A stretch of 64,000 bases of DNA from the human T2T-CHM13v2.0 reference genome, Homo sapiens. The stretch lies in the NCBI RefSeq assembly GCF_009914755.1, contig NC_060929.1; one strand, given 5' to 3'. Within the stretch, counting starts at the first letter, position 1. Each line of letters starts with the position of its first letter. The notes beneath the pieces are model-generated. The model saw only the letters and a program-made list of their open reading frames with translations, made no database searches and was not told the DNA's origin. The translations under genes and the position numbers were made by a program. Below are positions 47,000 through 62,269 of this stretch, piece after piece.

Positions 47000-47721
47000 T
47001 TAGAAGAAAACATGGGCAAAACCTTCATGACCTTGGATTCGGCAATGATTTCTTAAATATTACACTAAAATCACAGGTGGTAAAAGAAAAATAAATTGAA
47101 CTTCATTAAAATATTTTTAAAATTTTTGTGCAAAGGACGCGATCAAGAGAATGAAAAGACAAGGGAATGAAACAAAATATTTGCAAATCACACATCTGAT
47201 AAGGGTTTAATATCCAGAATACAGAAACAACTCCTACAACAGAAAGACAAACAACCTAATTTTAAAATGGGCAATAATCTTGAATAGACATCTCTCCATT
47301 GTACAAATGGCCTGGAGGCACATGAAAAGATGCTCAGTATCATTAGTCATCATTAGAGAAATGCCAATCAAAGCCACTTCACACCTACTAGGTATGGTTA
47401 TAATTATTGAAGAAAAGGAAAATAACAAGTGTTGGTGAAGATGTGAAGAAACTGGAACCCTCATACATCACTGGTGGGAGTATAAAATGTTGCAGCTGTT
47501 ATGGAAAAGTTTGGTGGTTCTTCAAAAAGCTAAACATAAAATTACCATATGACCCAGCAATTCTTTGCTTAAGTAGATACCCAAAAGATGTGAAAACAGT
47601 GACTCAAACAGATGCTTGCATGTGAATGTTCACAGCAGCATTATTCACTATATCCAAAAGATGAAAATGACTCAAACAGCCATCACAGATAAGTGGATTT
47701 TTATAAAATGTGGGTGTGGGG

Positions 47722-47723
<2 letters not shown>

Positions 47724-47759
<36 letters not shown>
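47724..47759. repeat. (GT)~18 microsatellite inside L1
   Basis: Direct inspection. Confidence 0.95.
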
Positions 47760-47761
<2 letters not shown>

Positions 47762-47882
47762 TTCCAATGGAATATTATTCAGCCTCAAAAAGGAATGAAG
47801 TTCTGATACATGCTACAATATGAATGAAACCTTAAAACACTATTCTAAGTGAAATAAGCCAGACACATAAAGGACAAATATT

Positions 47883-48221
47883 GCTGGGTGTGGTGGCCCA
47901 CTAAAGTGGGAGGATAGCTTGAGCCCAGGGGTTTGAGGCCAGCCTGGGCAACACAGAGAGACCTCTATCTCTTAAAAAATAAATAAAAAAAAAAATAAAG
48001 AGGCATCATAATGACAAATTTTATGCTTTGTGTGTGTGTATATATAAGTATGTGAGTGTGTGTGTGTATGTATATGTATATGAGATTGTGTTGTGTGTTT
48101 TGGTAGAGATGGGGTCTCACTATATTGCCCAGGGCAGTCTCAAACTTCTGGGGTCAAGTGATTGCCCCACCTTGGCCTCCCAAAGTGCTGCGATTACAGC
48201 CATGAGCTGCTGTGCCCAGCC
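47883..48221. mobile_element. Two Alu monomer fragments (+ at ~47883-47995, - at ~48100-48221) separated by a TG-rich tract
   Basis: FLAM-like segments in opposite orientations. Confidence 0.7.
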
Positions 48222-48352
48222 TTCTGCTGTATATATTTTATCATACTAAAAAATTAAAAAACAATGTAAGATTGCCCATGAGTTAGAAATTGTTAAAACC
48301 GGACATTGGGTACATGAATACATTATATTGCTCTCTTCTAAAAATTTAAGAA

Positions 48353-48670
48353 GGCCAGGAATGGTGGCTCACACCTATAATCCCAACACTTTAGGAGGCC
48401 AAGGTGAGACAATCACTTGAGCCCAGGAGTTCAAGATCAGCCTGGGCAACAAAGTGAGACCCTGTCTCTACAAAAAATTTAAAAACTCAGCCAGGCATGG
48501 AAGCACATGCCTGTGGTCCCAGGTATTCAGGAGGCTGAGGTGGGAGAATCATTTGAGCCCTGGAGGTGGAGGCTGCAGTTAGTCATGATGGCACCACTGT
48601 ACTCTAGCCTGGGTGACAGGGTGAGACTCTGTTTCAAAAAATGTTTAATAAAATAAAAATAATAAAAATA
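48353..48670 (+). mobile_element. AluJ-like
   Basis: Full dimer, (AAAAT)n tail, TSD aaa(t/c)ttaagaa. Confidence 0.92.
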
Positions 48671-48689
48671 AACTTAAGAAAGAAAAAAA

Positions 48690-48980
48690 TATCTTTTCTG
48701 TAGTTTTTTGGTAGATATTCTTTGTCAAGGTAAAGAAATCCCCTTCTTTGCCTAAACTGCTAAGAGGTTTTATCATGAATGTGTGTTAAATTTTATCAAG
48801 TGTGTTTTCTACCTCTAAGATGATCATATAGTTTTACCTTTAACCTATTAATGTGGCTAATTTTATGTATAGATTTTCTAATATGAAACCACCCTTGAAT
48901 TCTTGGGTAAGCTCAATTTGGTCAGATAATCACTTTTATTTTCTGTTGGATTTTATTTGCCATATTTTGTTGATTCTCCA
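48690..48980 (-). mobile_element. Old L1 (L1ME-type) ORF2 fragment
   Basis: ttttatcatgaatgtgtgttaaattttatcaagtg...gatgatcatatag, antisense RT region. Confidence 0.65.
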
Positions 48981-51474
48981 TGTACTCCCATAATTCTCTG
49001 TGCAACTATCATAAGATCCACAAAACTGTACTGTAAATATGAATTGCCTGAGTACATGGGACTCCTTCCTCATCCACTGTTTAATCTCTAGTTAGATCTA
49101 ACACACAGCAAGCACTCAGTAAAGGTATAGCTGATGAACAAATAGGTGAATAAATGGGTGAGTGGACAGACGAACAGATAAGCAAATAAACACCTTAATC
49201 CAGAAGAGTGTCACTTGCCCTGGCAGGAGTATAGAGCAGCTCTTTTCAGGCAAGGGGTTTCCCTTGCCTTTTCAGCTCTTTTCAGCTCTTTTCCCAAGGG
49301 GTTTCCAACCACTCCAAAGAGGTATCTAATCTGTCTGTGGACAACTCAGTTTGTCTGCAGATCTGTAAGCTGAACCCTACCCTGAGACACTCATCTCACC
49401 ACTTACCCTCATCAACAACACTCTACAGATCAGTGCCTGCCTTCACCAACAGGATACAGCCCTGGTATCACAGCACACCACACAGCTTAGATCCTATGCT
49501 GGGGTTGAGGGGAAATGTGGCTTCAAACTCAGTGTTCCTCTCAATTTCAGAGTTTATTCCCAACAATCAAAATGGCCTCATCCCAACCCTGATTGGCATA
49601 GCAAGAGCCCATCCCATTAACAATTCACTGCCTCAGCACTCCAGAGGAGGAGAGCAATCAGCAAGAGAAACAGCTGAATTATTTCAGCAGCTGTAAATTA
49701 TGTGTTCTCTCTTCCCCTCCTCCAAGTCCATGTTCAACTGTGCCCCACACCTCCACACTGAACTTGGGTCTGTCAAGTATCTATGTCAACTGCAGTAACC
49801 AAACTTAAGTTCAAGAAGCAATATTAAAAAGCACTAATTAGCTGATATTTAAATAACTGTGTTTAATGTCAACAAAATCACACTTTAAATATCCCCTAGT
49901 CTATTAGTTGCTTAATTAAATTCCTTAAGATCCTTGGACACTGGCACAGAGCACGCTGCCCTGGGGAGCCGTTCCCAGGCCCTGGCTTTGGCAGGATGTG
50001 GAAGGGGAGGAGCCCATATCCCTGGGGAAGTGCCAGGAGAGCCCTGGTTTTCTTCTAGAGTCTCCTAATGAGGTGGCTTCTCTTCACAGCTCTGCTGGTC
50101 TCCACAGGGCAGCAAGAACATGACAAATAAATACATTCTGAGCATGGAGAAGTGCCAAACCAGACTACAATTTATTTTTTAAAGTGCATTAAAAAAAAAA
50201 AAAGCACACATAAACCCAAGAGAGTTACTTTTCCCATCTGGTATCTGTTCTCTTTAAGAGTGGTATATCACAAAACATTCAGGCATGTGTACAGGGGGTA
50301 CACAATAGGATTTGTGACAGCAGGTAGGGTCAGGGGGCCCTGCAAGATGCCACCAACCAAATCCCAGCCTGCCAAGAGTCATCAGCCTGCAACTGACAGG
50401 GGTACAGCTCAGCCAACAGCAGTGTCCTAGGCTGGAACTTGCAAAGGGACTCTGGGTTCCAGTGGGTGAGCTTGTGATAGGGATACCAGTGGGGCCCCAG
50501 GAAGTCTCTCCTGCCACAGTAGGCTCCATGGGGATGGCTTGCCAGCCAGCCTTCTCACCAAACCAGATTTGCTGTAAGGGGATGACATGCCAGCTACCTG
50601 CCCAGGTAAACATATCCTGGAAACAGTCTGTCTCACTAACTGCCTCCAGGCAGAGCACATTCAGCCAAGGATCAGTAAGCATTAGGAGTCTACATTTTGG
50701 GCAGCAGACGCTCTGAACCCAATCCCACCGGGTCATGAATAAGAAAACATCATTTTAAGAGCAACAAGGGTGTGAGAGAGGCCAAGTGGCCGTCCTTTGC
50801 CTCACTCTTACAACAAGGGCCCCAGTTCTTTCTAGTTTCCTTACAGAACTACCAACTCACCTCTCAGTAAGTCTTACTTTTTTGTCTCTATCACTCAGCC
50901 CCTTCCTACACCTTCTATTTTGCCTAAAGGGCTTGCCCTCCTGCAAAGTAGGAGGCAATTCTTTCCAATTATTCCATCCTGAGTCTCACTGCTCAGGGAT
51001 CCCTCTTATGGCAGCTCTCCTTAAAACAGCCACTGCAGCCCCTGGTAATGCCAGCGGAAAACACTGGGTAGAAGAAGCTTGGTTAATATCACAGACTCTC
51101 ACCCTGAAATGCAACCACTCCCGTTAACAACTAGGCACAAACCCTGGCTTCGGAGAAGCCAGGTGCTTGGGTTGTAGCTCACAAAAATGTGAAGAGCACC
51201 CAGGAAAAAAAAAAAGAAACTGTGCTGCCCAGGCACATTGTTCACTTACTACCTGTGGTTACACACCCACGCCAAAGCCATTTCAACCCCAGGTGAGCAG
51301 TTAACAGTCACGCCAATCTGGAAAAATATATTTTTGCAAAAACATTTTTCATTCTCCCATACAGGACAGCTACCAAAAGAGCAAATATTTGTGCTCTACG
51401 AAAAGATGAATAAACCCATACTGCCTACTAGGGACCATACAACAAGTTGCCACCCCAAACACATCCAAACAGAA

Positions 51475-51910
51475 GATTATTCATCCTTCCACACATATTT
51501 GTTTGAGACCTGCTGCAATCCAGACATGTGCCAGGTGCTGCAGATACAAATAGGGGTCCTGTCCTCCAGGAGCTTCCACACAGGCAATGGAGATAGATTG
51601 GCAATACACACTCTTAAGGAGAACAGATACCAGATGGGAAAATCGGCAATTACAGCAAACACTGAGTTGAAAAGAGCCCTGACAGAGATGACTCTGAGGC
51701 AGAAGACAACAGACGTCTCATTCAGGAGATGGGGTCAGGGAGGACTTCCTAGAAGAGGTGAGCTTTGATGATTAAAAGAGGAAAAGGAATTACAGAAACA
51801 AAGACAATAAGAAAGGCATCCTAGGCAGGACAAGAGTGGTTTTTTAAAGGCCTGGAGGCATGAAACTAGGAACATGCATTAATTTCAACAATATATGCTG
51901 GAGCAAAGGG
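51475..51910 (-). mobile_element. L2 3' relic
   Basis: ttcatccttccacacatatttg...tgtgccaggtgctgcagatac...ggtcagggaggacttcctagaagaggtg. Confidence 0.7.
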
Positions 51911-54401
51911 CTTATGGAGAGTAGCATGATGATATACAAGACCTCCTTGCCAGACAGGTTAGATAGAGTTCAAACACATAGCTCACTGCACTGTCTTAGC
52001 AAATCTCTCCTTTTTAGAACTTCCCCATGGTGAATGAGAGATAAGAGAAGGGAGAAGGAAGCCTGCTATAAGCCTGCAACTTGCATAACACAGTCACCAC
52101 AGTTTGTGACCTCTGATTATGAATTCATTCCTGGCAGCTCAGTGGTTTGTTAGCTCTTGCAAACTCTCAACTTCTACTTCACTTAATAGAAGGAGCCAGT
52201 AAACAGAATTTGATTTGGACTGTATTATCTACCCATAGTGGCCTAAACCCCAGCGGATAACTTCAACAGAAAAGCAGCCTGAGATTTTAGGTAGTCTTCC
52301 TGCCATCTCTTCTGGGTGATATGCCTGCTGTACTCTCCTCTTGTATGTTCCACACTTAAGAAGTCCAAAGCTCAGCTCCTGCTCTTCCCTCCACACGTCT
52401 CATCCTCCTCCAGGACTGCCTAGTTCTACTGCACACGCTGGAAACCCAAGAGCTCTCAATCCCTCCTCTCCCTTCCCTGTCTTCTATCCCCTACTCAGCC
52501 ATCATCAACTATTGTCAATTTTATCTACTAAATATGTCCCTCCCCCTATGCTCCTGTTCTCATGCCCAAATTATTATAGCCACTCCCCACTTCTCAGGTA
52601 GGAGCAACCGTCGCAAGCTGTCAATCAAGCCAGACCCAAGCAGAGCAGCAAAATGAGGAAGCCAAAGGCACATGGCTTTGACGAATCTCTCATTTGCTCA
52701 ACTCAGGGTTTCTGGAATACCCAATATCCAGTCTCCTGAACCCCTCCTAAAGGCTCTCAATAAAAGCCACTTTCTTCTTCGGTTGAAGAGAGGCACTCAG
52801 GGAGCCTATTCAATAGCAGTAACAAGCTAGAACGTGGGCTGCGGGGAAGGTCTGGTGCTGGCGTGAGTCCTCCGGAAATGTCAACACTTTGGGAGCCTAG
52901 CCCAAAGCCAAGCCTTCAATTATGGGAATTATATCCCAGGCAAGGCAAGCTTGGCTCCCCACAGCCCCACCACTCACAGTGCACGGAGACATACCTACAC
53001 AGCCCCTGAGTTGAAGAGGCTTCATCCCTACTCCCTCTGCCACCCTCCCTTGGCATAAGGAAAACCATTTGGTGAAAGCAGGTAGAAGGCAGCAATTTTC
53101 AGGAGGAGGATGCTGGTATTGATAATACCTTGAACATTTTCCAAAATAAAGGACAAAATAGGTATTGAAGAAGAAGGAGAGATCTGACTATGCCTCCCAG
53201 CCTCAACTCAATGGAAACCTTCCCTTTACCCCATTCCCAACCATTGGCCCCCACACCAGCCTAGAAAGAAAAAATATATGTTGAATGAATGAAGAAATGA
53301 ACAAATAGACTGAGGACAGAGGAAGGGGGCAACAGGAGAAAAAGAAGACCCTGCTCAAAACTCTCCTTTTCATTCATTCAGATATCTCCAAGCACCTACC
53401 GTGTACTAGTGCAAGGTGCTGGGAACACACAGGCATGCATCAACTGTGAAAGAGAAGAACGACTGGGGAGAAAAACACACTATCTGTCTGGAATGCTGTC
53501 TTTCCAAATGCTACTTTAACAACACCTCCTGTTTTTCTGACATTAAAGCCATGCCAAACAGCATACATGCAAACAAAAACTTCACATTTTATTGTATCCA
53601 GTACTGTGGGGCCTTGTGGTTTCTTTTCTAAGGAAAAACTCATCATTCATCTCCTTGATTAAAAATTTATCTAATTTGGCTTTCATTAGGTAGGTACAAG
53701 GGGAAAACACAGATTCACAGGGAGAACTTGCCCAGCAACAGGACTGTGATGAGCTCCCGCAACTGCACAGTTGGGTCCCAACCCACCACCAAGGAAAGAA
53801 AATTAAAAAGCTCACAATGTGGAGTATAAGCTCTAGCCAAAAGGAATTATCTTCCCACAAGCATTTCTGTCGGATATTTGGTTAATGGAAAAAAAAACTT
53901 TCAAAAGAGAAGGAAAGGAAACCCCAAGGATATTTAACATGTAACTTAGAATTTCTATATTTTTCAAATTCCCTTGCAGGGAGAAAAGGCAAAGAAGTCT
54001 TTATTTCTCAATCCTACTTTCCAAAACTTTTCCAATTGATACAACATTGTCATAAAAAATTTCAATTTGTAGAGAGCATGGAGCAGAAGAAGGTGCAGTG
54101 GCTGAGGAATTTTAAGCTGCTGCAAAGAGGCTCTGAGGTGAGAGCAGGCAGAGCTGCAGCAGAGGTGGGAGCAGCAGCCCTGAACACCGCAGGCTCGGCA
54201 ATGGTGCCTTGGGCCGTGCGTCTAAGATCAAACACCAGGGACTCAGGCCTGCGGCAGGCCACGCTCTCCACACAATTCTTCAGGTTCCTATGCTCAGACA
54301 GTGATTTGGAGTAAATGGTCAGGCTTTAATGCAACGTCAAAGTATCCTGGGGTAAAAGATCAGCAAATTACAAGTATACATCTTGATTAAATGTTTATTT
54401 A

Positions 54402-54742
<341 letters not shown>

Positions 54743-54754
54743 TTACTCTATAGC

Positions 54755-55575
<821 letters not shown>

Positions 55576-57325
55576 TAGAGTCTCTGTTAGACTCACTTCT
55601 CAGTTCTATCCTGGTTCACCCCCTAAGCCAGTTACACGCTTGCCACCACAACACCCACTTGCCTCCACAGACCCCTCACATTTCTGTCCTTAGTGGATGG
55701 CTCACTGAGGCCTTGACCTTAAGCACGTTCATCAGCTATCTGTTGCAGCATTTGCTATCTGATGGACACAGTGTTAAGTAACTGAGATACAAAGGTGACT
55801 ATGCTCCCCCTCCTGCCTTCTAAGAGAAAAAAAGGGGCATATAAACAAATAATCACCACATAGTATGATAAGTGTCATAACGGTGAGGTATCGGAATGTA
55901 GGTGTTGTTAAACCATTTTTCCCAGTGCTCCTCTTTCCACAGTACCCCAAGCTAACTACACACTGTCCTTCCTCATTCTTACAGACAGAAATCCTTCCAG
56001 TGCTCTTTCCCCGAGTGTCCAGCCCAGACCCAACTTCTTCAAGCTGGGCTCCCATTCTGTTCCAGGTTAATTGAAATTCTTTCTGGCTTCTGCTTTCTCG
56101 CCTTCTTCAGTTCTTTTCTCAGGCATCTCACATACATCCCTGCCTCTTTTCTTATCCTGAGCCAACTTGTCCAAACTAGTATTTCTCCATCTCCTCTCTC
56201 AACTGTCTTGGATGATAACTTGGCATTTATAAGACATCTGCATTTACACAAAATGTAAATAACAGTCTCTGTCTATAATGAAGAAGGGACTGAGCCAAAA
56301 TATCAGGTAAAAAAAAAGGCAAAATAAACCTTCATCAACAAAGTTTTCTCCCTCTACTGCTTCCTCTTACAGATCCAAGTGCTAGGGCATCATGGCCCTC
56401 AGAAGATGTTCCCAATTCTGTTACATTTCCAGGGACATTACAGTGCCCTTTACTCACTAATGCCCAGGCAGTGACCCTCTGGCCTGCCCTTTCAGTCTCT
56501 CTGAATGCTAAGGCCACTCTATCCAGCCATGTGCTCATTTAATCAACATGTGCTGAGCACCCCTGTGAGCCAAGAGCCATGTCTTCCACAATGCTGTGCA
56601 CGCTCTGTACATAACACATGCTTGATTAATGTCTGTGATTGAATCACTGATAAGAAGGAAACCAGGTGAGCCTCTCCTGCCCCTTGCCCAGGAATACCCC
56701 GGTGTAAAAAATATTTTGCAATATAGCTGAGGTCAGAACCCCCACCCCGAAAGCCTCTTATTCATCTAAGCCTAGACCAGGGAGACCTTTACTCCAGCTA
56801 AGGAGATGCTGACACAGCCCTCACATCACCAAGCCAAGTGAGCCAGAGAAACTAGTGTTGTAAAACACCTTTTTAATCAAGTGACTTGTCTCCTGTTAGT
56901 GTAGATTTAGGGGAAATTTTTCTCAAGGAACCAGAAATAAATGGAGAGGAAGAAAAGAACAGAAACTAATGAACATAGTAATTATCCCCCAAAGTTGCAA
57001 ATCAGAACAATTCTTCACCTGAAGACAAGTATGAAAAACAAGATTGAAATGCTTCAGGGATGTGTTTGTGAAACAGCAGGTAAAAGAACAGATAAAATGT
57101 ATTTACAGTACCTCACTGGGGATACGTACCTTTTGGCTGATAGCTAACAGATACTAAATACCGCTGTAAAAATAATATTATTCTATCCTTCATTATGGAG
57201 TTATAGTTATCCACAGGAAAGCAGGAACATAAACTATTTTGAATGCTAATTAGGAATAATTTCAGAGTTCAAGTTTATTCTGAGATTTCTGGGCACAAGT
57301 GGGTATGAGCTGGGTTAGGCCCACT

Positions 57326-57521
57326 GTATTAGCCTGCTCAGGCTGCTCTAACAAAATACCACAGACTGATGGCTTCAACAACGGAAAATTTTCTCACAAT
57401 TCTGAAGGCCAGAAGTCCAAGATCAAGGTTCCAGCTGAAGACTCTCATCTTAGCTTGCAGATGGCTGCCCTCTTGCCATGTCTTCACATGGCCTTTCCTC
57501 AGTATACACACACACGTACAC

Positions 57522-57560
<39 letters not shown>

Positions 57561-57734
57561 GCTCTCGAGCTCTCTTTAATCTCTTCTTATGGAGACACTA
57601 ATCCTGTGGGATCACGGCCCAAACCTGATGACTTCATTTAGCCTCACGTACTTCTTTACACCAAATACAGCCACACTTGGGATTAGGACTTCAACATATG
57701 AATTTTGGGAGACACAAGCATTCAGTCATTAATA
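57326..57734 (-). mobile_element. MLT1A-like MaLR solo LTR with internal (GA)n at ~57527-57556
   Basis: tgtattag...ggctgctctaacaaaataccacagact start; ttcaacatatgaattttgggagacacaagcattcag end. Confidence 0.85.
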
Positions 57735-57841
57735 CCCCCTAAAGGGAGAGACCTGTTCCCCCAAAGACCAGCCCAAGCACTGATAAAAGAAAACAGAAGA
57801 CTGGGTAAGAGGGTGGCCTTGGGGATATCTGCAGACCATAG

Positions 57842-58184
<343 letters not shown>

Positions 58185-58405
58185 TGACTAAATAATAGTA
58201 ATATAAAATATATGTTTACGTAATAATAATGCTTTCTGGATACCAGGCATCAACTACATACCTGGCCCATTTCCAAGTGCTTAGCAGGCAAGATTTCATT
58301 TAAATCTCATGGCAATTTAGTACAGAATATTTGATAATCATTTTTATTTTACAGATAAGAAAATAAGTTCACACTGATGAAAGTCACTTGCCCAAGGTAA
58401 CCCAG

Positions 58406-58992
58406 TATGGTAGGCAGAAAAATAACATCCCAAAGATATCAGGTCCTAATCCCTAGAACCTATAAATGTTACCTTATTAAAAAAAAAAGAAGCCAGGTGT
58501 GATCACTCACACCTGTAATCCCAGCTACTTGGAAGGCTGGGGCAGAAGGATCCCTTGAGCCCAGGAGTTGAGTCTGGCTGAGGGAGGGAATAAGAAAAAA
58601 AAAGGATCTTTGCAGATGTTTTTACATTAAGGAACTTAAAATGATTATCCTGGATTATCAGCATAGGCCCTAAATCACAAGAAGCTGAGGGAGATTTGAC
58701 AGAGACACAGAAAAGAAGGTGATTGAGATTTGTAGACATTGGCCTTGAAGACAGGAGTAATGTGTCCACAAGCCAAGGAATGCTGTTAGCCACCAGAAGC
58801 TAGAAGCAGCAAGGAAGAACAGATTTTGCCCTACAAGGTATAGAGGGAGCACAGCCCTGCCAATACCTTAACTTCAGCCCAGTGACACTGATTTCAGACT
58901 TCTGGCCTCCAAAACCATGAAAGGATAAATCTCTTGTTTTAAGCCACCAAGTTTGTGTTCATCTGTTACAGCAGCCACGTGAAACTAACACA
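58406..58992 (+). mobile_element. MLT1D-like MaLR solo LTR nested in a MIR (58220-59050), itself containing an Alu-monomer fragment (~58490-58600)
   Basis: tatggtaggcagaa...ttgttttaagccaccaagtttgtg...aactaacaca; 5-bp TSD cccag at 58401-58405 and 58993-58997. Confidence 0.85.
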
Positions 58993-60099
58993 CCCAGCTA
59001 GCCAGACTCTAACCTGGGTCCTATGACTCCAGGCCAGCACTCTTGAGCCCTGTGCCTTGCTCCTTTTCTATACACAGCCTCCCCAAGCCAGACTTGTCCA
59101 CTATCTGATGGGTGACCCTGCCAAGAATTGAAGCAATCAGCACTGACAGCTCCTCTGCTGCAAAGCCTTCTCATGAGCCTCTCCTTTCTCCCACCAACAT
59201 CACTGCAAAAGCTTATCAGAGACTGAATTATCTTCTTGATGTTCTAATTATCAGGTGTGGAGAGAAATAGTCCAGAATCTATCATCCACAAGAGGAAGTA
59301 AATCAAACTGTCTAACAAAGGTTTTCATCTAATTTTTTGTTTGTACTTGTTTTTCCAATCACTGAGAAGCTCCTAACCTTTGTTGGTCTGCTCCATCCTG
59401 CCCACAATTTCTCCTTTCCCACAGAGACATGTTTGGAAGGTATCAGACCACGAGTAATTCAGTTTCCTCTCTGCCCCCTGAGAAGGACTGCTATTCACCA
59501 CTTTGACTTCCCAGGAACACCAAGAGAAGGAGTGAGCCACCTGAGTCCTTCTCTGGAAGTTTTCAGGATGAGTGTTGGTGTGAGCAGGCTGGCCCAGAGG
59601 TACCTCAAGTTAACCAATTCTGGAATTAACAAGCAAGCTAATAAACACATTGTCAGGACAAAGGTAAAGCAACCCAAAATGCACTTTTTGAACCTATTCT
59701 GACAAGTGTGCTTCAGCTTTATCTGTTTATGACACTTCAAAATGCAGGTGGAGAAACACAGCAGTATGTTTTGTAAAAATAATGATGTCTTGGTAACAGA
59801 GGACACTGTGGCTGCTGTGGCTATGAAATCTTTGCAGAGGAGCCAGTAGAACCAGTTTGGGGTTCCTGGGAGAAAAATCAGTTTGGTGGAATAGCAAAGG
59901 GGAAGACTTGGAATTTACTAATGTAGTACAATAATAGTTAATTCATTAAAGTACCCAGAGTTCTACTTTTCTTTTTGCTAGATGCTTTTCCTCTCCCTCA
60001 ACCCCATGTCTTCCTTCAATCCTTCAAGGTTATTCTAGCAACTCTCTACCTTCTTTTGTCAAGAAGGTTCAATCTGATTTTTCGTCAGTATCCCAAAAC

Positions 60100-60315
60100 A
60101 ATTATAGCTAACATTTAGAGAGTTGCAAAACTGGGTTCACAACAATCCTTCGTCATAGGAACCATCATTATTCCCCTATTACTGATGAGGCAGCTGAGAT
60201 CAAAGAGGTTAGGCCACCTTCCCAAAGTCAGAGAGCTAATCAATGGCAGAGCCAGAATTAGAAAGCAGGTCTGACTCCAAAGCCCAAGATCTTAACTACA
60301 ATATCAAACTGCCTG
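60100..60315 (-). mobile_element. MIR
   Basis: gatgaggcagctgagatcaaagaggttagg...ggtctgactccaaagccc. Confidence 0.75.
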
Positions 60316-62220
60316 CCTCCAAATGACACCAAATGAATGGGGGAAAGTTAATAGTGTAAGCTAGAGAAGAACTAAAAGAGACAAATTACACATCTTTGGG
60401 TGAGCCTCTGAAGTGCTCAGAAAGACTCACAAAAATGTTCTTAGAATTCTGTCTAGAAAATTTCTTCCATTCCTGCATCCTCAGAGAGAATCATCTTGAA
60501 AATGCAGTTAGTCCCTAAGAATCCTTGTGGGAGGCAAATGAATCTAGAAATGACAGCAAGCTTACCCCTTCCCCAGATGAACCAAACCCCTCGGATTTAG
60601 CAGTACCTGAAGGGAGCCCACCCCTGCTCCCTCCACCTGCCTGATCTCAGCAGGCTGTCACCAGCAAGATCCTCATTCATCGCACCATGAGGGAAATAAT
60701 GGAGAGTCCCCAAGTGTGGGGGAGAAAACCAAAAAGTAATGTAAAAAGATAAGGAGTAAGAAGAGAACAAAGCCTTTCAGTTAATGGCAGATGAGAAAAA
60801 AAGGTAAAATAATTTTTTAAAAAAAGAAAAGAACAAAGCTCAAGCTCCTATTTATTATGTATCCGCAGGTTCTAATTTTTTAAGCTTCTTAAGATATTCT
60901 GGCTCCAAATTAGCTTTCTTTGCTTAGTCCTAGTTATTGCTTTAGCTCTCTTCAAATGGGCCCCTAAAGATGTTGAAAAAATGTAACTGAAAGGTCAACT
61001 GGTTCCATGGGAACTGCAGGGAGACTCTCTGACATCTTGCTCTGAAATGCTATTTTGTAACTTTATAGGATAATACCCTAGAACTAATCATGGTAAAGAA
61101 TTTCCCATTCCCCCTGGCAACAGGGCTAATGGAGGCTACAGGGGACAAGGGGAAAGAAAGATGGTACTAAAAGAGAGAGAGGGAAAAAAAAAAAGGCCCC
61201 ATCTCCTCATTTAGCAGCACATGCGCAAAACAGTTTCCCAAATTCTACCCAAATCACTAGGCTAACACTGATGCCATCCAATTCCAAAGCAACATGTCAC
61301 ACATGACACTGTCCTTTCTGATGGAAGAAAGGCCAGCAGGATGTGAGGAGGTAAAGAACTGGGGCAGCAAAGAGGGGATGGAGAAGAAATATAAACCATA
61401 AATTAGGGCCGGAAGCCCTGCTGCTTGTCCTGCCAGGAGCTGGCAAGGAAGGACTGAATCAAGTTTCTGAAACGTAAGACCATGAAAGGGGATGTTAAAA
61501 TAAATTGAGAGAAAACGGAAAAAGATCAGAGGAGAGAAGAGTCTTATTGCACCAGGTTTGCAATTTGTCTGCTTTCTGAGCTGAAGCTCTGAGTACCAGA
61601 TTTTTTAAGATTTATTTTAAGAGCTTTGAGGCTTCTTGGGGAAAAAAAAAATCACTAATTGTACCTCTTTCAAAGTTTCCAGAATTTTGCTGCAATGGAG
61701 GGTATTTGCATGAAGCAGGACAAGTTCCTCTTAGAGAAGTGCCTATTCTTTATAACACAGTTGTGCTTGTGTGTGTGTGCATGTGTAAGAGAAGAGAGAC
61801 CTTTGGAAGCTGTTTCCCCCACAGCAGTATATTAGTCCATCAGGTGCACAGGTGAAGAATACAGAGGCTGATCCACTCAATTCTTGTGAACACAAAGGTT
61901 GGCAACTGATTTTGAAGTTCTTACTCAGGATTTAAGAAAGAAGAGGAAATCAATGCAAGTCAAAATAAAAAGAGATGCAAGTATGTTTACTTTCTAAACA
62001 AAACAAAAACCCTCAACCTAAAAAAAAATTTCCTTTTAAAGGCAGCCTCATTAGGCATCACAGAAGTGCAGGCCATTACCATCCCTGAAGGTCAAGAGCA
62101 TCTCAAGTTTGGGGACCCTGGCTGAGGTACCATTACATGACACAGATTCACAAATGACAGTCACAGTGGGGTGGGAGAGCCTAACTGTGCATTTTACCCA
62201 TCCCAATCACATTTCCACAA

Positions 62221-62221
<1 letters not shown>

Positions 62222-62265
<44 letters not shown>
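62222..62265. repeat. Perfect (CA)22 microsatellite
   Basis: Direct inspection. Confidence 0.97.

Positions 62266-62269
<4 letters not shown>

Noticed and set aside
50152-51768. 92-176-aa ORFs, two sharing FPIWYLFSLRV on opposite strands
   Set aside because: The shared peptide reflects the DNA inverted repeat reported above; no coding evidence.
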